Of a stretch of 64,000 bases of DNA, positions 51,367 through 61,574 are shown piece after piece (position 1 is the first letter of the stretch; the number at the start of each line of letters is the position of its first letter). The stretch comes from an uncultured Acidimicrobiia bacterium (lineage in GTDB: Bacteria; Actinomycetota; Acidimicrobiia; Acidimicrobiales; AC-14), in assembly GCA_963836205.1 (NCBI GenBank), contig CAWIIV010000020.1:64001-128000 (forward strand), in the 5' to 3' direction. The notes under the pieces are model-generated. The model saw only the letters and a program-made list of their open reading frames with translations, made no database searches and was not told the DNA's origin. Position numbers and translations under genes: made by a program.

Positions 51367-52161
51367 TCATGCCTGGTCGGCCCACACCTTCATCCGCTCC
51401 AGGCGGGGGGCGCCGTAAGTGGTCACCATGGCCACGTCGGTGGCGTCGCGGCCCCGGCCGATGAGGACCCGGCCGATGCGGCGGGCGTTGTTGCGGGGGT
51501 CGAAGGTCCACCACCTGTCGCCCAGGTAGACCTCGGTCCAGGCGCAGAAGTCCATCTCGTCGTAGGGAGGGGGCACGTCGATGTCGGGCAGGTAGCCGAA
51601 CACGTAGCGGGCGGGGATGTTGAGGCTGCGGCAGAAGGTGACCATGAGGTGGGCGAAATCCCGGCACACGCCCTCGCCCGAGCCGTAGACGTCGCAGGCG
51701 GTGGTGGTGGCGGTGCTGGTGCCCGCCAGCCACTCGACGTTGTCGTGGACCCAGTTCGACACCGCCTGGACCCTGTTCCAGCCCGGCTCGCTGTCGCCGA
51801 AGAGCTTCCAGGCGTCGTCGAAGAGCACGTCCGACTGGCAGTAGCGGCTGGGGAGCAGGTACACGAGGGCGTCGGCCGGGAGGTTCTCGACCGGCGTCTG
51901 CTGGGCGTAGATGTCGACCGGGTCGGGATAGGGGGACACCTCCACGGTCGCGTCGTAGGTGAGGGTGGTCGTACCCACGGGCAGGGTGAGGCGGTCGCAC
52001 ACGTTGCCGAAGGCGTCGCAGTAGAAGGCCCGGCCCAGTTCGGGGTCGGTGACCCAGCTGGCGGACAGGATCTGTTCCTCGGGTCGGGCCCGCACCTGCC
52101 ACACCGATGGCGTGGGTCCGGACGCGTTCCACTCGAACTCGCACCCGACTCGCACCTTCAT
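51367..52161 (-). CDS. Transglutaminase-like protein
   Basis: YLLPSRYC, GVCRDFAH, IPARYVFGYL, DFCAWTEVYL, GRDATDV. Confidence 0.92.
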   Translation of the reverse strand: MKVRVGCEFEWNASGPTPSVWQVRARPEEQILSASWVTDPELGRAFYCDAFGNVCDRLTLPVGTTTLTYDATVEVSPYPDPVDIYAQQTPVENLPADALVYLLPSRYCQSDVLFDDAWKLFGDSEPGWNRVQAVSNWVHDNVEWLAGTSTATTTACDVYGSGEGVCRDFAHLMVTFCRSLNIPARYVFGYLPDIDVPPPYDEMDFCAWTEVYLGDRWWTFDPRNNARRIGRVLIGRGRDATDVAMVTTYGAPRLERMKVWADQA

Positions 52162-52311
52162 GACGCGGCCCTCATGGCGACCATTCTCCCTCGCGCGGAT
52201 GAACGGGCGGTTTCCCGGCTGTCACGTGCCGGCGTCGCCCCCTTCGGCCTACCTTGGCGACCTACCTGGGGCGACCTACCCTCGCGCCGCGCATCCCAAC
52301 GGTGGGTTCCC

Positions 52312-53070
52312 ATGAGTCTGGCCTGGCCAACCCCGACGCCCGCCCCAGCCGGGGTGGTCGTCGCCACCCTCAACGTCCGCAACACCGCCGATCGCTGGCG
52401 GGAGCGGGCACCGTTGCTGGTAGAGCAGCTGGTGGCCCTCGACCCCGACATCGTCGGCGTGCAGGAGGTGCGCCGGTTCCCCGACCAGGCCCGGCGCATC
52501 GCCCGGGCCGGGGGCCGGAGCGCCGTGCGCAAGGCGTTCAAGACCGGGCCCAAACGGCTGTGGGAGGGAGTCGCCGTGCTCAGCCGGCTCCCGGTGACCG
52601 ATCACGCCCGGCTACGGCTGCGGGGGCAGTCGCGGGTGGCGCTGCGGGTGACGGTGGAGCTGGCCGGCGGGCAGGCCCTCGACGTCTACGACACCCACTT
52701 GGCCGACGGCGACGAGGCGGTGCGGGTCGCCCAGGCCCGGCGGCTGCTGGCGTGGATGGACGAGCGGCCGGAGCGGCCGGCGGTGCTGGTGGGCGACTGC
52801 AACTCACGGCCCGGCTCGGCCCCGATCCGGGTCCTGACCGGACGCCTGCGGTCGGCCTACGCCGAGGTCCACGGGTCGGAGCCGCGGCGCACGGTCCCAC
52901 CCGGCGGGTCGGGGCCGGGCGCGGTGCTCGACTACGTCTTCGTCAACCAGCTGGTGGCGGTGCTCGACGCCGGCCTCGCCTTCTACCGGCCGTCGCCCGC
53001 CGACCCGTCCCTGTTCCCCTCGGATCACCTGGGCCTGTGGGCGACGCTCAGCGTGCTTCCTGCCGGTTGA
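52312..53070 (+). CDS. Endonuclease/exonuclease/phosphatase family protein
   Basis: ATLNVR, DIVGVQEV, DTHL, VGDCN, LDYVF, PSDH. Confidence 0.9.
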   Translation: MSLAWPTPTPAPAGVVVATLNVRNTADRWRERAPLLVEQLVALDPDIVGVQEVRRFPDQARRIARAGGRSAVRKAFKTGPKRLWEGVAVLSRLPVTDHARLRLRGQSRVALRVTVELAGGQALDVYDTHLADGDEAVRVAQARRLLAWMDERPERPAVLVGDCNSRPGSAPIRVLTGRLRSAYAEVHGSEPRRTVPPGGSGPGAVLDYVFVNQLVAVLDAGLAFYRPSPADPSLFPSDHLGLWATLSVLPAG

Positions 53071-54040
53071 GTCGCCGTCGTACCCGCAGTCCCCCGATGA
53101 CCCCGCCGACCGCGATGATGCCGATCACCACCAGCAGCACCCACGTGGCGTTGGGGTTGGGGTCGCGCAGGTTGGACGGCCGGGTCAGGTAACGGTCGAG
53201 GAACGCCACCGTCTGGGGCCAGACGTCGTCGACCAGGCCGCGGCCGTGGCGGCCCCCGGGCACGACGATCAGCTCGTGGGCGATGCCGGCGGTGTCGAGA
53301 CGGGCGGCCATCGCCTGGGCCTGGTCGACCGGAACCAGCTCGTCGCTGCTGTTGACCAGCAAGAGGGGGGCGTCGGTGGGGTCGACGTGGGTGATCGGCG
53401 AGGCGTCGTCCCACCGCTCGGGGCATTCCGCCGGCGGGCAGGACAGGAGGAAGCCGGACAGGGCAGGCGCCTCGCCGGCCAGGGCGGTGAGGTCCATGGG
53501 ACCCGACCACGACGCGCCCACCAAAACGCGCGAGCCCCGGTCGGGCGGCCCGTCCCCCACCGTCGCCAGCATGGCCGCCAGGTGGCCGCCGGCGGAGAAG
53601 CCCAGGGCCCCCATGAGGCCGGCGTCGAGGCGGTAGTCGAAGGCGTGGAGGCGGGCCCACTCCACCGCCGCCCGCACGTCGTCGATCTCGGCGGGGAAGG
53701 CCTCGGGCGCGTTGAGGCGGTAGTTGGGGGCGAACACCACCCACCCCCGCTGGGCCATGCGGGAGGCGATGTCGACCACGTCCCGCTTGTCACCGGTGCG
53801 CCAGGCGCCGCCGTGGAGCAGGATCACCGAGACCCGCTCGGCGTTGGTGTCGTCGGGGACGTAGACGTCGAGGAAGAGGTCCTGGCCGCCGGCGCTGCCG
53901 TACGTGACGTCACGGGTGATGAAGAAGGGGCGCATGGGTTCGGGGGCCACCGTCGAGGGCGGGGTTGTGGGGGTCTGGCCCGCGCCGAGGGTGAGGACAG
54001 CGGCCACCAGGGCGAGGACGGCCCGGCGGGTGCGCGTCAC
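53048..54040 (-). CDS. Secreted alpha/beta esterase with C-terminal membrane anchor
   Basis: LHGGAW, GFSAGGHL, DELVP, GGRHG; N-terminal signal; C-terminal TM plus basic tail. Confidence 0.88.
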   Translation of the reverse strand: MTRTRRAVLALVAAVLTLGAGQTPTTPPSTVAPEPMRPFFITRDVTYGSAGGQDLFLDVYVPDDTNAERVSVILLHGGAWRTGDKRDVVDIASRMAQRGWVVFAPNYRLNAPEAFPAEIDDVRAAVEWARLHAFDYRLDAGLMGALGFSAGGHLAAMLATVGDGPPDRGSRVLVGASWSGPMDLTALAGEAPALSGFLLSCPPAECPERWDDASPITHVDPTDAPLLLVNSSDELVPVDQAQAMAARLDTAGIAHELIVVPGGRHGRGLVDDVWPQTVAFLDRYLTRPSNLRDPNPNATWVLLVVIGIIAVGGVIGGLRVRRRLNRQEAR

Positions 54041-54468
54041 GGGCGGAGGAGGGCGGCCGTCGACCATCGCACCCGGTGGCGGTCGAAGGCGTCCTCCAGG
54101 GCCTGGGCCGGGGCCAGCCCCATCGCCCGGCGGACGAGTGCCAGCAGCACTCCCGCGTACTCGCCGCCGTGGGCCGCGAACGTCACCGGCGTGAGGCAGT
54201 GGGCCACCTCGTGGAGGACCGTCATCTCCCGCCGGGCCCACCGCGGCATCTGGAGAACGCCCTCGGCGCTGGCCGTGGCCCGCTTGTGGCCGTGCCCGGG
54301 GCGGACGTCGAAGGTGCGGGCGCCCCACCGGTCGATGAACCACCCGGCGGCCGCCACCCCGTCGACATAGGCCTGCATGACGGCGACCGTGGGCAGGGCC
54401 TTGCCCGGATCGACCTCGTTCTCGGCCCGGTACAGGCGAGCCCGCTGGCTGTCGCGCGGCCGGTCCAC
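54037..54468 (-). CDS. HExxH metallohydrolase (TIGR04338/SprT-like)
   Basis: RDSQRARLYRAE..WARREMTVLHEVAHCL..HGGEY. Confidence 0.85.
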   Translation of the reverse strand: MDRPRDSQRARLYRAENEVDPGKALPTVAVMQAYVDGVAAAGWFIDRWGARTFDVRPGHGHKRATASAEGVLQMPRWARREMTVLHEVAHCLTPVTFAAHGGEYAGVLLALVRRAMGLAPAQALEDAFDRHRVRWSTAALLRP

Positions 54469-54724
54469 CCGCGGGACCGTACCCGCTGCCCGCCCGCTCG
54501 CCGGACCACCCCGACGGATGTAACCGCGCCGCACCGGGGAGACTCGACGCGACGTGTCCCGTCCCAATCCTTCCGCCCGCCGGTCTTCGCCGCGCCTGGG
54601 TCGCCAGGCTCCCCTGACGCGCCGCGGAACCGACGGCGGGCCCGCCTGCGGCCGTCCTGTGGCGCGGCGCCATGCGATCGTGGCACCGCCCCGCGCTTTG
54701 GCGCGTCTGAGTCGCCAGGCGGCC

Positions 54725-55729
54725 ATGAGGCCCCGCGAGACCCTCGGCCGGCCCCGCGCCGACCGCGGCCTGGCGCCGGCGGTCACGTTCCTGGTCTTCG
54801 CCCTCGTCGCCACCGCGTGTGGCGGCGACGGCGGGTCGCCCGCGGTCCAGGGTCGGCCGCCCGAGACCACGACCACCGCCCCCGCGCCGACCACCACCGC
54901 CACCGTCGCCCCGACGAGGGCGGAGGCCAAAGCGGTCGTCTCGCCTACGGGCGTCGTCGTCCCGGTGGTCTCCCACACCGACGTCGGCTGGGTGGTGCGG
55001 ACCCCGTGCAGCGAGACCGCCGTCCTCACCGAGGGCACCCCCGTGGCCGAAGCCACCATCGTCGTCGACCCCGGCCACGGCGGCACCGAGCCGGGGGCCA
55101 TCTCCCCCGCCGGCCTGCGGGAGGCCGACGTCAACCTCGGGGTCTCCCGGCACCTCGAAGCGGCCCTGGAGGCGGCCGGCGTCAGCGTCCTGCTCACCCG
55201 CACCGGCGACTACGACGTCAACCTCGGCCCCCGCGCCGAGATCGCACGGGCCCTGGGGACGAAGGCGTTCGTGTCCATCCACCACAACGCCGAGCCCGAC
55301 GGTGCGTGGCCCGGCCCCGGCGCCGAGACCTACTACCAGATCGCCTCCTCTGACTCGAAGCGCCTGGCCGGGCTCATCTACGAGGAGGTCGTCCGCGCCT
55401 TCTCCGCCTACGACGTGGCCTGGGTGGCCGACCGCGACGCGGGCGCCAAGTTCCGCCCCGGCGAGCGGGGTGACTACTACGCCGTCCTCCGCCTGCCCCA
55501 AGACGTGGTCAGCGTGCTGGTGGAGAGCGCCTTCGTGTCCAACCCGCCCGAGGCCGAGCTGATCAGCCGGCCCGAAGTGCAGCAGGCGGAGGGCGAGGCC
55601 GTGGCCCGGGGCATCCTCCGCTACCTGAACACGCCCGACCCCGGCTCCGGCTTCACCGACCCCTACCCTCGCACCGACCCCCCCGGCTCGGGAGCGGTGC
55701 CTCCGTGCGTGGAGCCTCGCCTCGAATAA
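54725..55729 (+). CDS. N-acetylmuramoyl-L-alanine amidase lipoprotein
   Basis: VATAC lipobox; VVDPGHGG, LREADVN, FVSIHHN, LVESAFVSN. Confidence 0.92.
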   Translation: MRPRETLGRPRADRGLAPAVTFLVFALVATACGGDGGSPAVQGRPPETTTTAPAPTTTATVAPTRAEAKAVVSPTGVVVPVVSHTDVGWVVRTPCSETAVLTEGTPVAEATIVVDPGHGGTEPGAISPAGLREADVNLGVSRHLEAALEAAGVSVLLTRTGDYDVNLGPRAEIARALGTKAFVSIHHNAEPDGAWPGPGAETYYQIASSDSKRLAGLIYEEVVRAFSAYDVAWVADRDAGAKFRPGERGDYYAVLRLPQDVVSVLVESAFVSNPPEAELISRPEVQQAEGEAVARGILRYLNTPDPGSGFTDPYPRTDPPGSGAVPPCVEPRLE

Positions 55730-55799
55730 GAGGTGTCACTCGCAGAAAGGGTGCGGCTCGGGGTACCGGCGTGCGCCGAGCCCCGCCCGGGGTCGGATG

Positions 55800-56189
55800 T
55801 CAGCCGGGGGTCGACGGGTGGATCGTGAGGGTCGGCCCGGCCTGCCCCCGGAGGACCCGGATGGCGAGCTGCCCGTTGGCCAGCGACGCCTCCACGCCCG
55901 CCCCGAAGCCGTCGGGGAGGTCGAGCTCGCGCTCGTAGCCGCCGTACTCCCACTCGTGGACCAGGTACTGGCGGGGACCGGCGCTGCGCACGTGCGACCA
56001 GAGCCGCAGGCAGCCGGGCCGCAGCTCGATGGTGACGTCGTCGGCGGTGACCGCCGGCATGGCCGCCACCACCACCAGGGCGTTGGTGGTCTCGTACACG
56101 TTCACCGGCACCGGCTGCGGCCGCATCTCGTCCTCGACCTCGGCGGTGGCGTCGTGGACCTGGTCGGCGGTGGGCTGGTCGATGGGCAT
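55800..56189 (-). CDS. Hsp20/alpha-crystallin protein
   Basis: PVNVYET..MPAV..YGGYERELDLP..ASLANGQL. Confidence 0.9.
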   Translation of the reverse strand: MPIDQPTADQVHDATAEVEDEMRPQPVPVNVYETTNALVVVAAMPAVTADDVTIELRPGCLRLWSHVRSAGPRQYLVHEWEYGGYERELDLPDGFGAGVEASLANGQLAIRVLRGQAGPTLTIHPSTPG

Positions 56190-56220
56190 GGGAGACCTCC
56201 TACCCGAGGCTCGGGCGGGT

Positions 56221-56556
56221 TTAGTCCTGGAAGTCGAGGGCCTGCTCGGGCCAGGGCGGCGGGTCGGCGAGGATGAGGTCGTGAATGTCCTTCACCTGGA
56301 GGCGGAACCAGTGGTCGAAGGGGTCGAGGGACACGCCCATGCCGATCATGGCCTCGTCGAGGTTCTCGGCCTCGATGTAGTAGATGACGAACTCCTCGCC
56401 CTCGTTGCCGTGGAGGAAGACCTGCTCCCGGGTGATGCCGAGGCGCTGGCGGGAGTCGACGTAGTCGGGGTTGTCGTCGTTGCACTGGGCCATCAGCTCG
56501 CGCCAGGCGTCGATCTTGCCTGGGATGATCAGCAGTACGAGGGCTGAAGCCGGCAT
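56221..56556 (-). CDS. Hypothetical protein (small alpha/beta barrel-like)
   Basis: IIPGKIDAWR..SRQRLGITREQVFL..PFDHWF; SD GAGGAGG. Confidence 0.8.
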   Translation of the reverse strand: MPASALVLLIIPGKIDAWRELMAQCNDDNPDYVDSRQRLGITREQVFLHGNEGEEFVIYYIEAENLDEAMIGMGVSLDPFDHWFRLQVKDIHDLILADPPPWPEQALDFQD

Positions 56557-56674
56557 GCATCCTCCTCACGACAGGGCTCGTAGCGTTGGTCTGCCGCGAC
56601 CGGGACCCTAGCCAAACTGCGGCTACCCGAAGGTCGACCGCCACACGGCCCGCCGCAGCCGGCTGCGGCCCGTT

Positions 56675-56729
56675 CCCGTTGGTTGTGCGGTTCTGTCGGT
56701 ATATCCCACACAACTGCACAACCAACGGG
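56675..56729. repeat. Imperfect inverted repeat
   Basis: cccgttggttgtgc...gcacaaccaacggg. Confidence 0.8.
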
Positions 56730-56772
56730 GGTTCCGGGTTGCGGGGGACATAACGTCTGACGGCCACGCGAC

Positions 56773-56965
56773 GTGGGGAGGGACCGGGACAAGGTCGACA
56801 AGTTCGCCCGCTGCCGGTGGAAGCCGGGGCCAGACAGCGTCCCCGTCCTGTCCGACTGCCCCCGGTGGGTGGCCGGGCACGTCGTCGAGCGGTTCGACAC
56901 CGGCGACCACGTCGGCCACCTGCTCGACCTCTTCGAAGGCGCGGCCGGCGAATGGCCCGCCGCAG
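56773..56965 (+). pseudogene. C-terminal fragment of a flavin reductase
   Basis: VDKFARCRWKPGP..PVLSDC..VVERFDTGDHVGHLL; N-terminus absent. Confidence 0.6.
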
Positions 56966-56986
56966 GCGGCTGCGGCCCGCGACTCC

Positions 56987-57733
56987 TTACGCCGAGACGA
57001 CCACCGGGACCGCCCACCGGCGCTGGTGGTGGTCGACCCAGTGGTCCATGAGGTTGACCCGGCCCAGGAACTCGTTCCAGCTCAGGCACGGGACGTGGCG
57101 CCAGGCCTCGTTCTCCGGGTGCGACACCACGTACCCACCGAGGTAGACGAACGGGATGTTGACGCCCTCCATGGCCTGCACCCACTCCGGGAAGTGGGCG
57201 GCCGCGGCCAGGACCTCGGCCGACGCCGAGTGGCGGCCCCGGATCTCGATGGCCCGGACCCCGTCGATCGGGTCCCAGCCCGCGGCCAGGTCGATGGTGA
57301 CCCGCCGGATCCCGGGGACGTGCCTGCCGCCGGGGAGCAGCCGCACCGGGCGGGGACCCTCCAGGTGCTGGCGCCAGCTCCAGTTCTCGGGCACGCCTTC
57401 GGAAGCGGCCGCCCACAGCTCCTCGAACGTGCGCCGGATGCCGTCGACGCCGTCCTTCTCGGGCAGGAAGACGGCCACCACGTCGGCCATCAGCGGCTGG
57501 GGGTGCACCACGGGAGTGGTGTCGACGGCGTCGAAGTCGGCGTCGGTGAAGCCCCAGTCCCGCTCCGCGTTCCAGCGGCGGACGTTGGCCAGCTGGTCGG
57601 CGACGGGGATGAAGAGACGCTCGTTCAACGTGGCCCGGTCGATGGTTTCGATGGTCACGAGTGTACGGCGGGGGGTCGGAAGCTCTGCGCCATCAGGTTC
57701 GGCGGTGTCGGGTGCGAGGGTGAGTGCGGACAC
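56987..57733 (-). CDS. Hypothetical protein
   Basis: 248 aa ORF with typical codon bias; SAEVLAAAAHFPEWVQAMEG. Confidence 0.75.
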   Translation of the reverse strand: MSALTLAPDTAEPDGAELPTPRRTLVTIETIDRATLNERLFIPVADQLANVRRWNAERDWGFTDADFDAVDTTPVVHPQPLMADVVAVFLPEKDGVDGIRRTFEELWAAASEGVPENWSWRQHLEGPRPVRLLPGGRHVPGIRRVTIDLAAGWDPIDGVRAIEIRGRHSASAEVLAAAAHFPEWVQAMEGVNIPFVYLGGYVVSHPENEAWRHVPCLSWNEFLGRVNLMDHWVDHHQRRWAVPVVVSA

Positions 57734-57816
57734 GAGGTTTCCTCCGTAGCAGCGATGTCGAACTTCGTTTCAACGGCCCCGTCACTCACGACATTCCCGC
57801 CGCCTCAGGCCGCGGT

Positions 57817-58053
57817 TCACCGGCGGTAGCGGGCGACGAGCTCGTCCCGGCCACGGCGGTCGAGGGGGGGCGGGGCCACCCGGCTGACGGCCCGCACCAT
57901 CGTCCGCATCTGCCGGAGGTAGGCGGTGCAGTGCCGGCATGCCCGCAGGTGCTCCTCGAGGCGGGCGCGGACGGCAGGGCCAAGTGCACCCTCCAGGTGA
58001 TCGGTGACCAGCTCGACCACCTCCTGGCATCCGAGTCGGCGGCGGCCGGGCAC
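57817..58053 (-). CDS. zf-HC2 (zinc anti-sigma) domain protein
   Basis: CQEVVELVTDHLEGAL..EHLRACRHC. Confidence 0.88.
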   Translation of the reverse strand: MPGRRRLGCQEVVELVTDHLEGALGPAVRARLEEHLRACRHCTAYLRQMRTMVRAVSRVAPPPLDRRGRDELVARYRR

Positions 58054-58063
58054 GAAGGTGCGC

Positions 58064-58816
58064 TCAGACCGGGACCGGGGTGGCGTTGGCGACCGGCACG
58101 GCGAAGGCGCGGCACCACACGAGGACGGTGAACTGCTCGGCGACGACGTCGACCCCGGCCGGAATCGGGTAGTTCTGGCTCCCCCGGTTGCCCTTCAGCG
58201 CCCCCAGGTCGTGGCCGCCGCCGGGCGACTCCCGATCGGCGCCCGGCACCAGGTGCACGAAGTAGTCGGGCCCGTTCTGGATGTCGATGTCCTCCAGGCG
58301 GACGATGTGCGACCCGTCGTCGAGGCGGTACAGGGCCGCCGCCCCCGACGCCCGGTGGTCGATGCCCCGCAGCTCGCCGATCGAAAGGAGAACGGGGCCG
58401 GACGGGGCCGGGACCGGGACCGGGGCGGTGGCGGTCACCGACGGCCCCGTGGGGAGGGCGGGCCCGTCAGCCGGCGTCGCCACCGCGACCGGAGCCGCCA
58501 CCGCCGCCGATCCGGGAAGGGGCTCCACCACCTCCTCGTCGGTGAAGTACGGGACGACGAGGAGCCACCCGATCAGGCCGACGGGCACGGCCATCACCAG
58601 GCCCCGGACGACGGCGCTGTCGACGCAGCGGCGCAGCACCCACGACAGCGCCACCAGGGCCAGCACGATCACGGCCAGCCGGCTGAGGGCGGCGGGCGAG
58701 GTGAGCGTGGCCTTGACCACGTCGCCCCGGAACACGACGGCGGCGGCCACCGCGGCCACGACCACCCCTCCCCAGGCCAGGTCGCCCGGACGCACCGCCC
58801 GGGGCGCCGGGGTCAC
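58064..58816 (-). CDS. Membrane-anchored DM13 domain protein
   Basis: TM segments then [35 protein letters not shown]. Confidence 0.88.
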   Translation of the reverse strand: MTPAPRAVRPGDLAWGGVVVAAVAAAVVFRGDVVKATLTSPAALSRLAVIVLALVALSWVLRRCVDSAVVRGLVMAVPVGLIGWLLVVPYFTDEEVVEPLPGSAAVAAPVAVATPADGPALPTGPSVTATAPVPVPAPSGPVLLSIGELRGIDHRASGAAALYRLDDGSHIVRLEDIDIQNGPDYFVHLVPGADRESPGGGHDLGALKGNRGSQNYPIPAGVDVVAEQFTVLVWCRAFAVPVANATPVPV

Positions 58817-60113
58817 GGCCGGACGGCTGCGGAGGGCCCGGCGACCCAGGACAGGTCGCCGGGGAGGTAGCGGGCGCCGGTCCGGCGCCAGTGGTCGAGG
58901 ACGTCGTCGGCGGGGCACCGGCCCCGCTCGACGTAGCGGTCGAGGTAGGCGGCCACCGCGCCGACCGTGGCCCGGTCGGCGCCCGTGCGCACCAGGGAGT
59001 CGAGTGCGAGCCGGAAGCAGGCCCGGGCGGCGTCGGCCAGGGCGGGATGGGCCAGGCCGAGGCGCGACGCCGGCACCCACAGGTCGGCCGTGCTCCAAGC
59101 CGCCTGGGCCGCCGCCTCCCCGGCCTCGTCGTCGTACATCAGGGCGGTGGCCACGGCCACGGCCACCCGCCACCAGGGCCGGGGCAGGCTGTCGACCATC
59201 CGCAGCTCCAGCCAACCCCGGGGCCGCACCGGCGGGAAGAGCGTGGTCAGGTGGTAGTCGAGGTCGTCGAGGGTCGGGAAACCCAGGGTGTGGCCGTGGT
59301 CGACCCACTCCCCGAACGTCAGCGGCGTGCGCACCGGCACGCACCGCCCGGCGCCGTCGTGGATGAGCATGACCTGGGCGTCCATGACGTACGCCCCCCA
59401 CGTCCCCGGCCACGGTCCGGGTCCGCCGGCCGACCGGGTGCGGGACGGGTCGATCCGCCACCAGGTGGCCAGCCGGTACGATTTCCATCCGCTGGGCCCG
59501 CCCGCGACCAGGGGCGAGTTGGCGAAGCTGGCCGCCAGCGTGGGGCCGAGCAGGTGGGCCAGGCCCCACCGGGTGTCGGACGAACGGTTGCGGGCGTCGA
59601 AGTCGAGGTTGACCTGGAGCCCGGCGGTTGCGCACATCATGGTGCGCCCGGCATTCGCCCAGTCCTGGTCGGGGCCGGCGAAGTAGGCCTCCATGGCGTC
59701 GTACCGGGGGGAACGGATGACCCGGGCGGTGGTGGGCGACGGGTCGATGCCGCTGCCGACGAGGACGATCCCGAGGTCGGCGAGGCGGTCGGCGACCAAC
59801 GTCAGGTCGGCCTCGAGCAGGGAGCACGCGGCGGAGACGTCGGCCGCCGGGGGGAGCTCAGCTCGAGCTGGCCGCCGGGCTCGAAGGTGACGGAGGTGCC
59901 GCTGGCCAGGGGTCCGAGCGCCTCCAAGGCCCCCCGGACCGCGTCGTGGGAGGCCCGCCCCCCGTCGAGGCCCATCGGCAGCATCTCCAACTCGATGCCC
60001 ACCCGATCGGCACCCATGAGGTCGGGGCCTTCGAGCCGCGGCAGGAAGAAGCCCCGCCGTACGGCGTGCTCGACTGCGGCCTCTCGGCTGAGAACAGCGA
60101 CCCTTTTCGGCAT
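58813..60113 (-). CDS. egtA: Glutamate-cysteine ligase, EgtA-like (frameshift near 59850)
   Basis: [54 protein letters not shown]. Confidence 0.8.
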
Positions 60114-60233
60114 GATGGACCTTCCCGCCGCCTTACCGGCTCTTCGCTACGACATCCCCGTCCGGATGACCCCCTCCAGCGTTACACCCCCGAAGCGCGG
60201 TGGCCGACACGCCTCGGTGGGCAGAACCCATCT

Positions 60234-60584
60234 ATGCCCAAATATCTGGTCAACGAACAAGCGGTGGCCCATTGCCGCCGGCTGATCGACGCCCGCCGGT
60301 ACGTGCTCCGCAGCACCTGGGGCGAGGTCCAGGCCACGGCCGAGGACGAGAACAAGTACCTCGAACGCCACTCCTGGGAGGAGTACGCGGCCTGGCACCT
60401 CGGGCTCACGGTGGGCGCCAACGACGAGACCAAGGCCCGCCACGGCTTCGGCTACGGCGACTTCCGGCGGGTCCACCGCTCGGCCCTCATCGCCTGCGTC
60501 TTCCGGGCCGCGGAGTGGAACCACAAGGAGGTCGAGCTGGCCGCCCACGACCTCCTCCAGTACCTCGACGCCAAGCGGGCCTGA
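60234..60584 (+). CDS. Hypothetical protein
   Basis: WEEYAAWHLG..ETKARHGFGYGDFRRVHRSAL. Confidence 0.8.
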   Translation: MPKYLVNEQAVAHCRRLIDARRYVLRSTWGEVQATAEDENKYLERHSWEEYAAWHLGLTVGANDETKARHGFGYGDFRRVHRSALIACVFRAAEWNHKEVELAAHDLLQYLDAKRA

Positions 60585-60656
60585 CCCGCCCATCCGTGCC
60601 ACGCTCGGTGTAACACCGTTCGTCCCCGGAGGACGGTCGAGCGTGAAGGAGCGGTG

Positions 60657-61574
60657 ATGGTCGTCAGGAATCCTCGGGCGGAAGCGGCGATTCGCATCAA
60701 CCACCGGTACGACCCGAGGGTCCCCGAACCTTCGCCGCCGGCGGTGAACGAGGGCCCGTGGTTCGCCGACGACCCCGTCGCCGGCGGGGAGCTGGTGCCT
60801 TTCGTCCGCCCCGGCGCCCGCACGTGGGACGACTTCTGCACCGAGATCGGCAACGCCGAGCTGCGCACGTGGTGCGAGCTGCGGTGGCTCGTCCCCCGCG
60901 GCCTCGACCCCCTCCCGCCCGCCTTCGCCGAGACCCGCGACGCCCTCCACCGGGTGGCCGAGCACGTGATCGCCCCCCGCCGGCACCTGGCCAACGGCAA
61001 GATCGGCCTCCGGTACACCTACCGCGGCTTCGGGACGCCCTATTTCGACGACGACCACCAGGTGCGGGTGGAGGACGGCGAGCTGGTCGACCGCAACCGC
61101 CGGCGCCAGCTCACCACCCTGGCTGCGGCCGCCGAGCTCGTCGGCGTCGAGCTGGGGAAAGGTACGGGCGTCTACACCCCCACCACCCCCTGCGAGCCCG
61201 ACGCCCCCCTCGCGGTCGACTTCAACGCGGCCCGGGCGGTGGGCGACTGGTTCGGCTTCGTGACCGCCGTCCTCGAACAGCTCCGGGAGGAGGCGGGCGA
61301 CGACGACTCGCCGTCGAGGGTGCAGCTCTGGCCGGAGCACTTCGACATCGCCGTCGACCTCGGCCCGGAGGGCGACCGGGCCAACTTCGGGGGCTCGCCG
61401 GGTGACGCCGGGCACCCCGAGCCCTACCTCTACGTCGGCCCGTGGGACACCCGGCCCCGGGAGGGCGACTTCTGGAACGAGCCCTTCGGGGCGTCGCTGT
61501 CGTACTCCGCCATCCGGGCGGGGGCCGACCCGCTCGAGTTCCTCCGACAGGGAAAGGCGCTGGTCAGGTCATGA
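60657..61574 (+). CDS. Hypothetical protein
   Basis: TRDALHRVAEHV..VQLWPEHFDIA..GGSPGD..EPYLYVGPW. Confidence 0.8.
   Translation: MVVRNPRAEAAIRINHRYDPRVPEPSPPAVNEGPWFADDPVAGGELVPFVRPGARTWDDFCTEIGNAELRTWCELRWLVPRGLDPLPPAFAETRDALHRVAEHVIAPRRHLANGKIGLRYTYRGFGTPYFDDDHQVRVEDGELVDRNRRRQLTTLAAAAELVGVELGKGTGVYTPTTPCEPDAPLAVDFNAARAVGDWFGFVTAVLEQLREEAGDDDSPSRVQLWPEHFDIAVDLGPEGDRANFGGSPGDAGHPEPYLYVGPWDTRPREGDFWNEPFGASLSYSAIRAGADPLEFLRQGKALVRS

Noticed and set aside
48672-51464. Long antisense ORFs (also 24723-27476, 61430-63910, 27059-29836)
   Set aside because: Shadow ORFs expected from high-GC codon bias overlapping well-supported genes.
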